Positions 39,185 through 49,074 of a DNA stretch of 64,000 bases are shown one piece after another. Within the stretch, counting starts at the first letter, position 1; every line of letters begins with the position of its first letter. This stretch comes from Dehalococcoidia bacterium (GTDB lineage Bacteria > Chloroflexota > Dehalococcoidia > Plut-88900). The notes beneath the pieces were generated by a model. It was not told the origin of the DNA. It worked only from the letters and a program-made list of their open reading frames with translations, and did no database searches. The stretch is taken from assembly GCA_965197645.1 (NCBI GenBank), contig OZ240219.1, positions 736,001-800,000 on the forward strand, read 5' to 3'. A program made the translations under genes and the position numbers.

Positions 39185-39355
39185 CCACCCCAGATTGCTT
39201 CGCTCCCTTCCATTCCACTCAGGACTCTCCCTCGCTCGCAACGACGGCAACAGCAACACTGAGCCCTTACCCTCGTCATTGCGAGCCTCGACAAGGTCGG
39301 GGCGTGGCAATCCAACCAGGTCTGACCGTTGCCCCGGCAAAAGCATATGCCCCAC
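39185..39355. repeat. Family A unit (reverse orientation)
   Basis: GATTGCTTCGC..GCTCGCAACGAC and arm 39275-39312. Confidence 0.85.
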
Positions 39356-39460
39356 GCATCCCGGATTGCACCCGCGGACTGCCGGCAAAACGGTTTCGCC
39401 TGGAACCACCCCCTGATTGCGCGCCTCAGAGGAGCGTGTCGTTGATATAATCGGTTGGCA

Positions 39461-41650
39461 ATGTCCGATCTGTTGGAAGGTCTCAATCCCGCTCAGCGCC
39501 AGGCCGTCGAGGCGGTCGAGGGCCCGCTGCTGATCCTGGCGGGCCCGGGCAGCGGCAAGACCCGGGTCATCACCCACCGGATAGCCTACCTGATCAGGGT
39601 CCACGGCGTATCTCCCCATCGAATCATGGCCGTCACCTTCACCAACAAGGCGGCCCGGGAGATGAAAGAGCGGCTGTACCAGCTTATCGGAAAGACGGTA
39701 GACAACGTCACGATGGGCACCTTCCACGCCATCTGCGCCCGCATCCTTCGCGTCGACGGAGAGGCCGTGGGCCTGAACAAGAACCTCGTGATTTTCGATG
39801 ACAACGATCAGATATCGATGATCAAGCGGGCGATGCAGGAGCTGGGTGTCGACCCGAAGAACTTCTCGCCTCGAAACGTCCTTTCGGCCATATCGGCGGC
39901 CAAGAGCCAGCTCATCAGCGTCGAGCACCATGGGCTCCACACCGAGACCTACTTCGATGAGGTGGTACACCGGATATACGAGCGCTACCAGGGGATGCTG
40001 TACGGCAGCAACGCCGTCGACTTCGACGACCTGCTGCTCAGGACGGTGCTGATGTTGCAGAACAACCCCTCGGTGCTGGAGAAGTACGCCTCTCGATACG
40101 TCCACGTCCTCATAGACGAGTTCCAGGACACCAACATGGTCCAGTACGCCCTGGCCAAGCTGCTGGCGAGCCAGTACCGGAACATCTGCGTTGTGGGGGA
40201 CCCGGACCAGTCGATCTACTCGTGGCGCTATGCCGACATCCGGAACATCCTCAACTTCGAAAAGGACTACCCGAACGCCAAGACGGTCTTCCTGGAACAG
40301 AACTATCGCTCGACGCAGAACATCCTGGAGGGCGCCCATAGCGTTATCTCCGCCAACGTGCAGCGCAAGGAAAAGAGCCTGTGGACGGAAAACGAGACGG
40401 GGCCCCAGATTGCTATGGCTGAAGCCTACACTGAGCGCGAGGAGGGCCAGCTGGTGGCCCGCGAGGTCGAGCGGCTGATCGCTGAGAAAGAGCACCGGCT
40501 GGCCGATTTCGCAGTGATGTATCGCACCAACGCCCAATCCCGGGTTGTGGAGGAGACCTTTCTCAGGTACGACATTCCCTACCGGCTGGTGGGAGGCACC
40601 CGCTTCTACGAGCGTCGAGAGGTCAAGGACATCATCGCCTACCTTCGCCTGGTGTTTAACCCGTTGGACGATATAAGCTTGCTGCGGGTGATCAACGTGC
40701 CCAACCGGGGTATCGGGCAGCGCACCACCGACGAGCTGACCCGCTGGTCCCGGGAGCTGGGCGTTCCCCACTATACGGCCCTTCAGATGATGGCCGATGA
40801 TGAGAAGCCACCCATCCCACACTCCTTCAACTCCCGGACCGTCAAAGTTCTGACCGTTTTTCTCACCGTGCTCAACGATCTCCTGGACCGTACAGGGGAG
40901 CTGGACGTGGTCAAGCTGATCGACGCCATCGCCGACCGGACCGGCTACCGAGACTCCCTGATGAACAGCGACGATAGGGGCGAGGAGCGGTGGGAGAACA
41001 TTCTCGAGCTCCGGGGCGTCGCCGGAGAGTATCGACACATGCCGTACGAGGACGGGCTGGCGAGCCTGCTGGAGGGTGTGGCGCTGGTCGCCGACGTCGA
41101 CGACCTGGACCAGACCATCGATTCGGTGACGCTGATAACCCTGCACCAGGCCAAGGGGCTGGAGTTTCCCGTGGTGTTCATCGTGGGGATGGAGGAGGGC
41201 ATCCTGCCCCACATAAGGTCCTTCGACGATCCGGGCCAGATGGAAGAGGAGCGCCGCCTGTGCTACGTGGGCATGACGAGGGCCAGGCAGCGGCTCTACC
41301 TGATGCGGGCCTTCCGCCGCACCCTCATGGGCGCCAGCACCGTCAACCCGGCCTCCCGGTTCCTGGAGGTGATTCCCGAGCACCTGGTCACCACGATTTC
41401 ACGCCTGTCCCAGGGCATCGAGTCGCCCCAGTCCGACCAGTGGTGGCCCTCTCAACAGGAGGCCGCTGCCCCCGAAGTGGACCTGAAGGCCGGCGACAAG
41501 GTCCACCATGATGTCTTCGGGGACGGCGTTGTCGTGTCTTGCAAAAGCTCTGACGGTGATCACGAGGTCACCGTGGCCTTCAAGGGCAGCGTCGGGATCA
41601 AGAAGCTGCTCCTCAGCTACGCCCCCCTGGAAAAGGTCTCTTCGTCCTAG
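39461..41650 (+). CDS. pcrA: UvrD/PcrA superfamily 1 helicase
   Basis: AGPGSGKT, DEFQD, VGDPDQSIY, QNYRS, HQAKGLEF, EERRLCYVGMTRA, C-terminal Tudor-like domain. Confidence 0.96.
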   Translation: MSDLLEGLNPAQRQAVEAVEGPLLILAGPGSGKTRVITHRIAYLIRVHGVSPHRIMAVTFTNKAAREMKERLYQLIGKTVDNVTMGTFHAICARILRVDGEAVGLNKNLVIFDDNDQISMIKRAMQELGVDPKNFSPRNVLSAISAAKSQLISVEHHGLHTETYFDEVVHRIYERYQGMLYGSNAVDFDDLLLRTVLMLQNNPSVLEKYASRYVHVLIDEFQDTNMVQYALAKLLASQYRNICVVGDPDQSIYSWRYADIRNILNFEKDYPNAKTVFLEQNYRSTQNILEGAHSVISANVQRKEKSLWTENETGPQIAMAEAYTEREEGQLVAREVERLIAEKEHRLADFAVMYRTNAQSRVVEETFLRYDIPYRLVGGTRFYERREVKDIIAYLRLVFNPLDDISLLRVINVPNRGIGQRTTDELTRWSRELGVPHYTALQMMADDEKPPIPHSFNSRTVKVLTVFLTVLNDLLDRTGELDVVKLIDAIADRTGYRDSLMNSDDRGEERWENILELRGVAGEYRHMPYEDGLASLLEGVALVADVDDLDQTIDSVTLITLHQAKGLEFPVVFIVGMEEGILPHIRSFDDPGQMEEERRLCYVGMTRARQRLYLMRAFRRTLMGASTVNPASRFLEVIPEHLVTTISRLSQGIESPQSDQWWPSQQEAAAPEVDLKAGDKVHHDVFGDGVVVSCKSSDGDHEVTVAFKGSVGIKKLLLSYAPLEKVSSS

Positions 41651-41660
41651 CTTCTCCCTA

Positions 41661-41756
41661 GATTGCCACGCCCCGACTTTGTCGGGGCTCGCAATGACGA
41701 GGGCACGGGGCGGTGGGGGTTGGTCTTGAGGGAGGTCGAAGGGAGCGAAGCAATCC
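41661..41756. repeat. Family A arm plus partial partner arm
   Basis: Exact GATTGCCACGCCCCGACTTTGTCGGGGCTCGCAATGAC followed by GGGAGCGAAGCAATC. Confidence 0.88.
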
Positions 41757-41798
41757 GGGGTGGGTGTTGAAGCGAGGAACCGGAATAGCAAGGACTGG

Positions 41799-42074
41799 CT
41801 AAGGTTCTGAGATGAAGCCTTTTCTGCTCAGAAGCTTTATGTAGGCATTGCGATCCAACGTGCACTTGATAGCCTCTCGCAACTGATCAGTGCTTAGGTG
41901 CATCTGTTGCCTGATACTGTGGTGCATCGGCAGATCGCCGGCTTTGTTAGAGCGGCGGGTTCGTACGACAGTCTTACCCCCGACCGTCAGCCACGCTAGC
42001 CGGTCTCCACTATTTCTTGTTTGGAACCCAAACTTGTTGATGAGTTGATCAAACTCGCGAGCCTTTAGTGGCAT
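41799..42074 (-). CDS. HicA-like small basic protein
   Basis: 91 aa; helix-KFGF-three strands-helix (SIRQQMHLS) pattern; overlaps upstream gene. Confidence 0.6.
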   Translation of the reverse strand: MPLKAREFDQLINKFGFQTRNSGDRLAWLTVGGKTVVRTRRSNKAGDLPMHHSIRQQMHLSTDQLREAIKCTLDRNAYIKLLSRKGFISEP

Positions 42075-42529
42075 GGGGCTTCAAGAAGATTTTCAGAGAG
42101 TTCAGTCCAAACCTCTGCTAAATCCGGTCCGAGGTTGCCCTGTTCCTTGGCGAGAGTGAAGTAGAGTTCCACGATAGTCGCTTGCAAGTCCGCAAGGGCT
42201 TCTGCAAAGTTCTTACCGAATCCAAACTCGTTTATTGCTGGGGATTCAAGGATGCATTGACCATCTTCTACCGTGCGCGTTACATCAATCGGCTTTCTTA
42301 CGCGCAGGCGTCCGTCCCCCAGAGTACCCAGGCTGAACCGCTCAGGGAAAACTGCGGAACGCGGTTTGAAAGTTCCAGAGTGCTCCTCCGGCAACCGCAA
42401 AGTATCTGGTGCGACGATTGAACGATCTTCAAGCTTGATAAACTCCGGAGTGTTAGCCTCGGGACTATAGTCTTCTGCTTCTGGGTGTTCAGGCTGCTCA
42501 AACTCTTTTATGGTTACTGAAGAGACCAT
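42065..42529 (-). CDS. HicB-like protein
   Basis: C-terminal ILESPAINEFGFGKNFAEALADLQATIVELY resembles the HicB partial RNase H fold. Confidence 0.6.
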   Translation of the reverse strand: MVSSVTIKEFEQPEHPEAEDYSPEANTPEFIKLEDRSIVAPDTLRLPEEHSGTFKPRSAVFPERFSLGTLGDGRLRVRKPIDVTRTVEDGQCILESPAINEFGFGKNFAEALADLQATIVELYFTLAKEQGNLGPDLAEVWTELSENLLEAPCH

Positions 42530-42531
42530 CG

Positions 42532-42948
42532 TTAGCTCCTCTTAACAGCATTCATAGATGTTGCGCCCAAGAACATTGAGTTTGCCCAAATTTGAAACTC
42601 ATACCTGCCAGGTTCAGGTATCGGGAGCGGTGGAAACGGTATGTATAGATCCTGCGAAGAGAGGCGGTTCTCTATCGTCAAGTCGCTTTCAGCACCAGCG
42701 AGTATCTCATCAGTACCAGTTCGAACGTATCGGACATCAAATTGATAGTACCCCTCTGCATCCGCTATTTTGAAGTAAAGGCAGATAGGGCGTTCTGTTG
42801 GGAATTCCCCAACATTCACACGGTCAAAGATGCCAATGAGATTCTTCTTGCCTGTTGTTGGGTCTGCGACTGCGACGTCGCATAGCAATGCGGCAACTAA
42901 GAGAGGAGCCACCTCGCTACGGGGCTGCTGTTCCGTTGGCTGGTCCAT
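42532..42948 (-). CDS. Conserved hypothetical beta-sandwich protein (DUF6941-like)
   Basis: LLCDVA..D..TGKKNLIGIFDRV...FP...PGRYEFQIW pattern. Confidence 0.65.
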   Translation of the reverse strand: MDQPTEQQPRSEVAPLLVAALLCDVAVADPTTGKKNLIGIFDRVNVGEFPTERPICLYFKIADAEGYYQFDVRYVRTGTDEILAGAESDLTIENRLSSQDLYIPFPPLPIPEPGRYEFQIWANSMFLGATSMNAVKRS

Positions 42949-43084
42949 GCAACCCACTCCTATTTTAGCGCGCTGTGTTTCATGTTAACAACTGGATCCG
43001 TTCTGTCAACCCCGATTGGGGGGGGCTACGCTGTCCGCTGGGGTGTGTCCATTCAGCTGGGGGTGCAGAGTTGCCGGATGCAAC

Positions 43085-43158
43085 ATACGCCCCTCCGGGG
43101 TCAACGGCCAGACCTAGCTGGATTGCTACGCCCCGACAGGGTCGAGGATCGCAATGAC
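43085..43158. repeat. Degenerate family A arm with spacer
   Basis: GATTGCTACGCCCCGACAGGGTCGAGGATCGCAATGAC at 43121-43158. Confidence 0.75.
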
Positions 43159-43179
43159 GGAAGGTGGGGCAGGCTAGGC

Positions 43180-43635
43180 CTAGTTGGGGACGGGCGCCGT
43201 CGACTTGACGGTGTCTCCCACCGATATGCCGCCCCCTTCGAGCACCTTGGTCAGCATGCCTCGCCGGCCCTCGAGCTGCTCCCTGAGGCCGGGCCTGATG
43301 GCGTCCATCCGCTCGCAGGGGTCGCACGGCTCGGTGATCTCCAGCACGACGTCGGGACCGATGGCCACCCGGGTCCCCGAGGCGAGACCGTATATCGACA
43401 TGCCCTGGACCGTGATGTTCTCTCTCACCGTGCCCACGGGCAAGTCCAACTGGTCCAAAGTCTCCTTGTCCATCATCAAGACTTGCCGTCGGCCACGGTT
43501 GTGGCCCCGCTTTATGGCGTACCTGTCGCCGGAGACACCGAGGTCCTGGACCACCTCGGCGTTGGGGATCGGTTTCATCTCTCCGTAATGCTCTTCGCTG
43601 ACGTGAAGGGCTACTACTGTTCCCTGCTCAGACAT
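43180..43635 (-). CDS. MOSC domain protein
   Basis: GDRY, RQV, RENITVQG, PCDPC, GRRGM, GISVGD. Confidence 0.9.
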   Translation of the reverse strand: MSEQGTVVALHVSEEHYGEMKPIPNAEVVQDLGVSGDRYAIKRGHNRGRRQVLMMDKETLDQLDLPVGTVRENITVQGMSIYGLASGTRVAIGPDVVLEITEPCDPCERMDAIRPGLREQLEGRRGMLTKVLEGGGISVGDTVKSTAPVPN

Positions 43636-43780
43636 CTTCTTCCTGGTCCTTTCCAGCGCCGAACGCTTGAGGTCTCCGGGTAGTTTATCACAGCCCGGCT
43701 ACCAGACAGCTCGCTCGGTCTTCTATCTCGTCCCGGACCCGCCTCACCACCTAAGGCAGTGAAATCAGCCGGCGTCCTGA

Positions 43781-44509
43781 TCAAGTGGACGGCTCGTCCT
43801 GTCCTTCTTCTTCGGGACGAATGTAATCCCGGCCCCGGAGCCAGGCGTAGAGCAGCGACGCTATGACGGCCCCGATGATTGGCGCTGCCCAGTAGACCCA
43901 ATGGTCGGTCCACACGGAGCCCACCAGCGCTGGGCCGAAGGACCGGGCCGGGTTCATTGACGCCCCCGATATCCGTCCGGCGAAGACCGAGTCCAGGCCC
44001 ACCGTGCCCCCGATGGCCAGCGCCGCCATGGGCCCCACGGCCCGTACGTCGGTGGCCACCGCCATGATGACGAACATGAGAATGAAGGTGAGGACTATCT
44101 CCAGCCCGAAGGATTGGACTGTAGCGCCGGAAGGTAGGGTTGCTCCCATGTCCGCTACGTTGCCGAAGAGGGCTCGCAAGCTGAGGCTGGCGATGGATGC
44201 TCCTCCCAGCTGGGCGACCCAGTAGACGGGCAGATCCTTCCAGGGAAAATGGCGGGTCAGGCAGAACCCCAGGGTCACCGCCGGATTTATGTGCGCTCCG
44301 GAGATATGGCCCGTTGCGTACACCATCGCCGCTACGATCAACCCGAATGTGAGGCCGATGCCCACGTGGGTCACCTGGCCGCCGGAGAGATCGTCGATGA
44401 TGATGGCGCCGGTCCCCGCAAACACCAGGCTGAAGGTGCCGATGAACTCGGCGGCGGACCTTCTGACGACCGCGCCCTCCGGGGCATCGACTCTGGTTAA
44501 ACGGCGCAT
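43781..44509 (-). CDS. MIP family channel (aquaporin, NIP-like)
   Basis: HISGAHINPAVT and SMNPARSFGP motifs. Confidence 0.95.
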   Translation of the reverse strand: MRRLTRVDAPEGAVVRRSAAEFIGTFSLVFAGTGAIIIDDLSGGQVTHVGIGLTFGLIVAAMVYATGHISGAHINPAVTLGFCLTRHFPWKDLPVYWVAQLGGASIASLSLRALFGNVADMGATLPSGATVQSFGLEIVLTFILMFVIMAVATDVRAVGPMAALAIGGTVGLDSVFAGRISGASMNPARSFGPALVGSVWTDHWVYWAAPIIGAVIASLLYAWLRGRDYIRPEEEGQDEPST

Positions 44510-44533
44510 AGACCGATGGGGAGTGCCCTTCAG

Positions 44534-45526
44534 CTAGATCTGGTCAGCGGCAATGCTCAGAACGGCGCCGAGAATGCCGGTTATCGGAAACGTTAGTACC
44601 CAGGCTATAACTATGTGCCACGCCACTCCCCAGCGAACGGCCGACAGCCTTCGCGTGGCCCCAACCCCAAGGATAGCCGACGTTATCGAGTGGGTGGTGC
44701 TCAGCGGAAACCCCAGCCTGGAGGCGCTCTCTATCACTGATGCGGCTGTAGTTTCCGCCGCAAAGCCGTTAATAGTCTTGAGTTTGGATATCCGGCTGCC
44801 AACGGTCGTTATTACCCGTCTCCCACCCGCGGCCGTTCCCACCGCTATCATAACGCCCGAGATCACGATCACCCACAGGGGCACCTCGAACGTATCGATG
44901 CGTCCCCCGGCGAAGAGGGCCAGGGTGATTATACCCATCGTCTTCTGGGCATCGTTGGTGCCGTGGCTGAAGGACATGAACGCCGCCGAAACTATCTGCA
45001 ATCGACCAAAGATTCCGTCGACTGTTCTTGGCGTAGCGCCTTTGACCATCCACAGCAGGGCGGCCATCATCAGGTATCCGCCAAATATCCCGACGATGGG
45101 CGAGAACACCAGTCCGAGCACCACCTTGCGGATACCGCTTCCAACCAGTATATCGAAGCCGCCTATGCCCATCCCCGCCCCTATAATGCCGCCCACGAGA
45201 CTATGGCTGCCGCTTACAGGCAACCCCATCCTCGAGGCAAACAACACCCATATAGCCGCCGCGGCGGCCGCGGCCCCTACGGATTCAACGGTGATGACCT
45301 CAGGGTTCACCAAGCCCGTACCCACCGTCTTCGCAACGGCGGTGCCCGTCAGAGCCCCCACAAAGTTAAGAACTGCTGCCATCGCGATGGCAACAGTAGG
45401 GGTGAGCGCTCGGGTGGCGATAACGGTGGCGATGGCGTTGGCCGCATCGTTAAAGCCATTGAAGAAGTCGAAGGCCAGGGCGAGGGCAATTACCAGGATT
45501 ATCAGGCCCAGCGATGCCTCAGGCAT
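44534..45526 (-). CDS. PiT family inorganic phosphate transporter
   Basis: NGFNDAANAIAT and HGTNDAQKTMG signatures. Confidence 0.94.
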   Translation of the reverse strand: MPEASLGLIILVIALALAFDFFNGFNDAANAIATVIATRALTPTVAIAMAAVLNFVGALTGTAVAKTVGTGLVNPEVITVESVGAAAAAAAIWVLFASRMGLPVSGSHSLVGGIIGAGMGIGGFDILVGSGIRKVVLGLVFSPIVGIFGGYLMMAALLWMVKGATPRTVDGIFGRLQIVSAAFMSFSHGTNDAQKTMGIITLALFAGGRIDTFEVPLWVIVISGVMIAVGTAAGGRRVITTVGSRISKLKTINGFAAETTAASVIESASRLGFPLSTTHSITSAILGVGATRRLSAVRWGVAWHIVIAWVLTFPITGILGAVLSIAADQI

Positions 45527-46154
45527 ATTCCAAAACGATACCTTCGATCACAATAGCCGCTCCCTGGCAACTGTCGGCGGCCTCCTCCAGTTCGTGATAC
45601 ACCTCTCTCCACTTCATCATCTCACCGGTGGGACGGCTATCGTTGAACAGCTCCATAAGGCCTGCCCGCCCGACCCTATCGGCCTCCTCCTCCAGGGTAC
45701 TTACCTTTACGCACAGGTCGAGTATCTGTGCCTTTTTTCGCCGCATTTGAGATAAGCTGGCCACCGCTTTCTCCAACTCTACTCCTGCCCTGTACAGAAT
45801 CTCGGCCATCTCTTTGGCCTGCTCGGTAGGGCTTTCGACTTTGAACTCAAAAAGGTCCCGGGCCGCCTCTTCTATATGATCGACAACGTCGTCCATCTGC
45901 TCGGCCAGCTTGGCTATGTCACCCCGATCCAGGGGCGTTACGAAGGTCTTGTGCAAACGCTTCATGATGTCGTGGATGATCTCATCACCCTGGTGCTCCA
46001 GGTCGCTGATATTCTGAGCATGCCCTTCCAGAGAATCGTAGTCTTTCACCAACTCCGTAAGAGCGAAGGCTGTATTCTTTAGATTAGTGGCCTCGTTCTC
46101 CAGCAGCTCATAAAACTTCTTGTCGCCCCCGGGAACAAGCGGTAGTCTAGGCAT
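45519..46154 (-). CDS. DUF47 / PhoU-like phosphate transport accessory protein
   Basis: EHQGD..L.KTFVTPLDRGDI..DDVVD; adjacent to PiT. Confidence 0.92.
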   Translation of the reverse strand: MPRLPLVPGGDKKFYELLENEATNLKNTAFALTELVKDYDSLEGHAQNISDLEHQGDEIIHDIMKRLHKTFVTPLDRGDIAKLAEQMDDVVDHIEEAARDLFEFKVESPTEQAKEMAEILYRAGVELEKAVASLSQMRRKKAQILDLCVKVSTLEEEADRVGRAGLMELFNDSRPTGEMMKWREVYHELEEAADSCQGAAIVIEGIVLEYA

Positions 46155-46201
46155 GGGCCTCCCTCATCAGTCTTCGTATGGTCATGTTCTCCGGCGCCGA
46201 T

Positions 46202-46942
46202 TCAGCCCCGCTCCTCACCGGATGAATGGACCACCCTGACCCTGCGGCTGTAGTATTTCCACAGAAGATCGTCCAATCCCTCTCTGAGCAGGGACGCCTC
46301 ACTGCGGGAGAGATCATCGGCGAGCTCGGACAGCTGGTCCAGCTGTGTTTGAGCAAAGTAGCTGGTCTTGAGCGACATGCGGGTCTCTTTGGAGCGCTGC
46401 CACAGGTTGGTCCTGCCCCGCCCCATCTCCTTGGCGCGCAGCACCGCTCCCTGCGCCTTGCGAAGGAGATCCCTGTCATCGTGGGCCTGGGCGGGATAGG
46501 AGGCGACCCCACTGCTCAGGGAGACCGCTACCTGAAGCTCCTCGCCTCTGACGAGAAGGTCCAAGGGGTTATCATCGAAGGAGGCCCGGGCCTTTTCGGT
46601 AGCCAGCAGAGCGTCCTCGGGCTCCTTTTGGGGAAAGACCAGGAGAAAGGTGTCCCGACTGTAACGGGCGATAGCCTCGGCGCCGGTGCCGCTGGTGGTA
46701 AGGACGACGGATATACGGTTCAGCAGGGCGTCGCCGGCGGCCAGCCCGTAATCGGCGTCGAAGGACTCGAACAGGTCCACGTCCAGCAACGCCACCGAGA
46801 TCGCTCCTCCGCCCTCCTGCGCCGCTTTGACTTCGCTCTGCACGATGGAGTTGGCGGCTGCTCGGGTGTAGAGCCCAGTCAGCTCATCCCGCTCCAACTC
46901 CTCTACTACTATGGCGGATATCTTAGGCTCTTTTTCTATCAT
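46202..46942 (-). CDS. Degenerate GGDEF domain fused to a C-terminal ribbon-helix-helix
   Basis: DELTGLY, DVDLF, GDALL, A-site RYSRDTF, AKEMGR; tail KTSYFAQTQLDQLSELA..SEASLLREGLDDLL. Confidence 0.85.
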   Translation of the reverse strand: MIEKEPKISAIVVEELERDELTGLYTRAAANSIVQSEVKAAQEGGGAISVALLDVDLFESFDADYGLAAGDALLNRISVVLTTSGTGAEAIARYSRDTFLLVFPQKEPEDALLATEKARASFDDNPLDLLVRGEELQVAVSLSSGVASYPAQAHDDRDLLRKAQGAVLRAKEMGRGRTNLWQRSKETRMSLKTSYFAQTQLDQLSELADDLSRSEASLLREGLDDLLWKYYSRRVRVVHSSGEERG

Positions 46943-47125
46943 TACACAGATATAAATATGTGTACATACGTAAAGCTATATCCAGCATTGTGAATATTTT
47001 CATCTAGTCCCGTGCCCCTGTCAAGGGGTTTTGTGAGCAATTTCTCAAGGAGTTTATTGTTATCAGTGGAGATAAGGACACACCCGGCGGAATCTCTGGG
47101 CGAGCAAGAGGCTGGAGGATCAACG

Positions 47126-47158
47126 AAAAAGGGCGTCCCGGCTAGCCGGGACGCCCTC
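47126..47158 (-). terminator. Intrinsic terminator of the malic enzyme gene
   Basis: AGGGCGTCCCGGC-TA-GCCGGGACGCCCT followed by TTTT on the minus strand. Confidence 0.75.
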
Positions 47159-47203
47159 TGATAGTCTCTAAAGATCTGGGCACTATGGGTGAAGACCTGG
47201 GTA

Positions 47204-48358
47204 CTACGGGTTCTCCTCCTGCCAAGCCCTGCCAACCGCGTCGGCCACTGCCGGGACCACTTCCGTGTTCAGGGGGTAGGGGATTATGTTGTCGGCGGTG
47301 GGCTCGGGGATGACGTCGGCGATGGCCGTTGCCGCGGCTATCTTCATATTCTCGGTGACCATCGTGGCCCGAGCGTCGAGAGCGCCTCGAAAGATGCCGG
47401 GAAAGCCCAGGACGTTGTTTACCTGGTTGGGCAGGTCGCTACGACCGGTGCCGACGACCCGGGCCCCAGCCCGGAGGGCTTCATCGGGCATGATCTCAGG
47501 GTCGGGGTTGGCCATGGCCAGCACCACAGCGTCGCTTCTCATAGTGCGAACGTCGTCCTCGTTCAGCAGGCCCTTGACCGAGAGACCGATGAATACGTCG
47601 GCGCCCTTGATGGCATCGTGGACGCTGCCCTTGATCATCTCCCGGTTGGTGGTCTTGGCGATCTCCTGTTTGGCCTCGTTGAGGCCCTCCCGGCCTTCCC
47701 AGATGATCCCCTTGGTGTCGACGAGGATCATGTCGGTTACGCCGCTGCCTTGAAGTATCTTGGCGCAGGCGATACCGCTGGCGCCGGCGCCGCTGAACAC
47801 CACCTTGATGTCTTTGAAATCCTTGTCGACGACGCGCAGGGCGTTGGTCACCGCAGCCAGGGTGACAACCGCGGTGCCGTGCTGATCATCGTGGAACACC
47901 GGTATGCCGATGTCCATCAGCTGCTCTTCGATATAGAAGCACCTGGGCGCCGAGATGTCCTCCAGGTTTATGCCGCCGAAGGTGGGCACCAGGTTGCGGA
48001 CTATCATGATGATCTCGTCCGAGTCCTGGGTGGTTACGCAGATGGGCCAGGCATCGACACCGGCCAGCTCTCGGAACAGTATTGCTTTGCCCTCCATGAC
48101 CGGCATCGCCGCATCGCCGCCTATGTTGCCCAGGCCCAGCACCGCCGAACCATCGCTGACCACGGCGACCATGTTCCCCTTGTTGGTCATCTTGTAGGCG
48201 TTCTCCTTGTCCCGGGCTATCTCCAGGCTCGGCCCGGCCACCCCCGGCGAGTAGGCCAGCGAAAGGTCGAGCTGGGTCTCCAGCTTTATCTTGGATTTGA
48301 CGGCGACTTTGCCCCTGCTTTCCAGGTGCATGTCCACCGACATCTGTCCGTAGTCCAT
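47204..48358 (-). CDS. NAD(P)-dependent malic enzyme
   Basis: AYSPGVA, VLGLGNIG, PVMEGK, INLEDI, FHDDQHGT, GAGASG, NNVLGFPG. Confidence 0.96.
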   Translation of the reverse strand: MDYGQMSVDMHLESRGKVAVKSKIKLETQLDLSLAYSPGVAGPSLEIARDKENAYKMTNKGNMVAVVSDGSAVLGLGNIGGDAAMPVMEGKAILFRELAGVDAWPICVTTQDSDEIIMIVRNLVPTFGGINLEDISAPRCFYIEEQLMDIGIPVFHDDQHGTAVVTLAAVTNALRVVDKDFKDIKVVFSGAGASGIACAKILQGSGVTDMILVDTKGIIWEGREGLNEAKQEIAKTTNREMIKGSVHDAIKGADVFIGLSVKGLLNEDDVRTMRSDAVVLAMANPDPEIMPDEALRAGARVVGTGRSDLPNQVNNVLGFPGIFRGALDARATMVTENMKIAAATAIADVIPEPTADNIIPYPLNTEVVPAVADAVGRAWQEENP

Positions 48359-48439
48359 CTATGGCCTCCGCTATTCCGTCACTCTCGAGGGCCCTTTTCG
48401 GAAGGGCGATGAAGAATCTCTTTCTGTGAAGTCCAACTT

Positions 48440-48841
48440 CTATGCCACGGCCGCCGCGGCGGCTATTGCGGCTATGTCCTCGTCCTGCTGGGCTGATGCT
48501 CCGCTCACCCCCACTCCCCCGATCACCTCGTCTCCTCGAAGGACCGGCACGGCGCCCTGTCCCAGCACCAGGTGCCCGCCGTGCATGGCCACCAGCGACC
48601 GGAAAACCGGTATATCGGCCATGTCTGCCAGTTCCGAGGTGGGCACGCCGAAGTTGGCCGATGCGAATGCCTTGCCCCGGGCCACGTCCGAGGTATACCA
48701 GCCGACGCCGTCCATGCGAATGGCCGCCTTCAGATCGCCCCGAGAGTCCAATACAGAGATGCTTACCTCCACCCCCAGCCGCTCCGCTTCGGCCTTCCCA
48801 GCCTGGATCGCCTTTTCGGCTTCCGCTAGGGTCATCGACAT
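48440..48841 (-). CDS. GlcG/HbpS-like heme-binding protein
   Basis: VLDSRG..RMDG..ARGKA..GAVPV..IGGVGVSG..QDEDIA. Confidence 0.9.
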   Translation of the reverse strand: MSMTLAEAEKAIQAGKAEAERLGVEVSISVLDSRGDLKAAIRMDGVGWYTSDVARGKAFASANFGVPTSELADMADIPVFRSLVAMHGGHLVLGQGAVPVLRGDEVIGGVGVSGASAQQDEDIAAIAAAAAVA

Positions 48842-48977
48842 TATGAGCTCCTTCCCAGGACTGTCTCTCTCCTCCGATTTCCCGGCCAACCCGCCGATGC
48901 GAACTCGGTGCGCTCCCGTTGGCGGATGGCCGCAGATACTGTAGCCGACTTGAGGTGTCATGGCAAGGCTCGTTTTG

Positions 48978-49007
48978 TTGACATGCGCCTCGCACTATGA
49001 CTAAAAT
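48978..49007 (+). promoter_or_regulatory. sigma70 promoter of the rpsP operon
   Basis: TTGACA-18 bp-TAAAAT. Confidence 0.65.
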
Positions 49008-49074
49008 ACTTTACGATTTATCCCTGCCGACCCGGCAGGCTCAATCAAGGAGGGGCTGCCGCCCAGGCAGACAG

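Noticed and set aside
39146-41383. 745-aa minus-strand ORF and similar long antisense ORFs (14135-15388, 44553-45755, 47189-48412, 57833-58891)
   Set aside because: Shadow frames opposite well-conserved genes, expected in high-GC DNA; no recognisable motifs.
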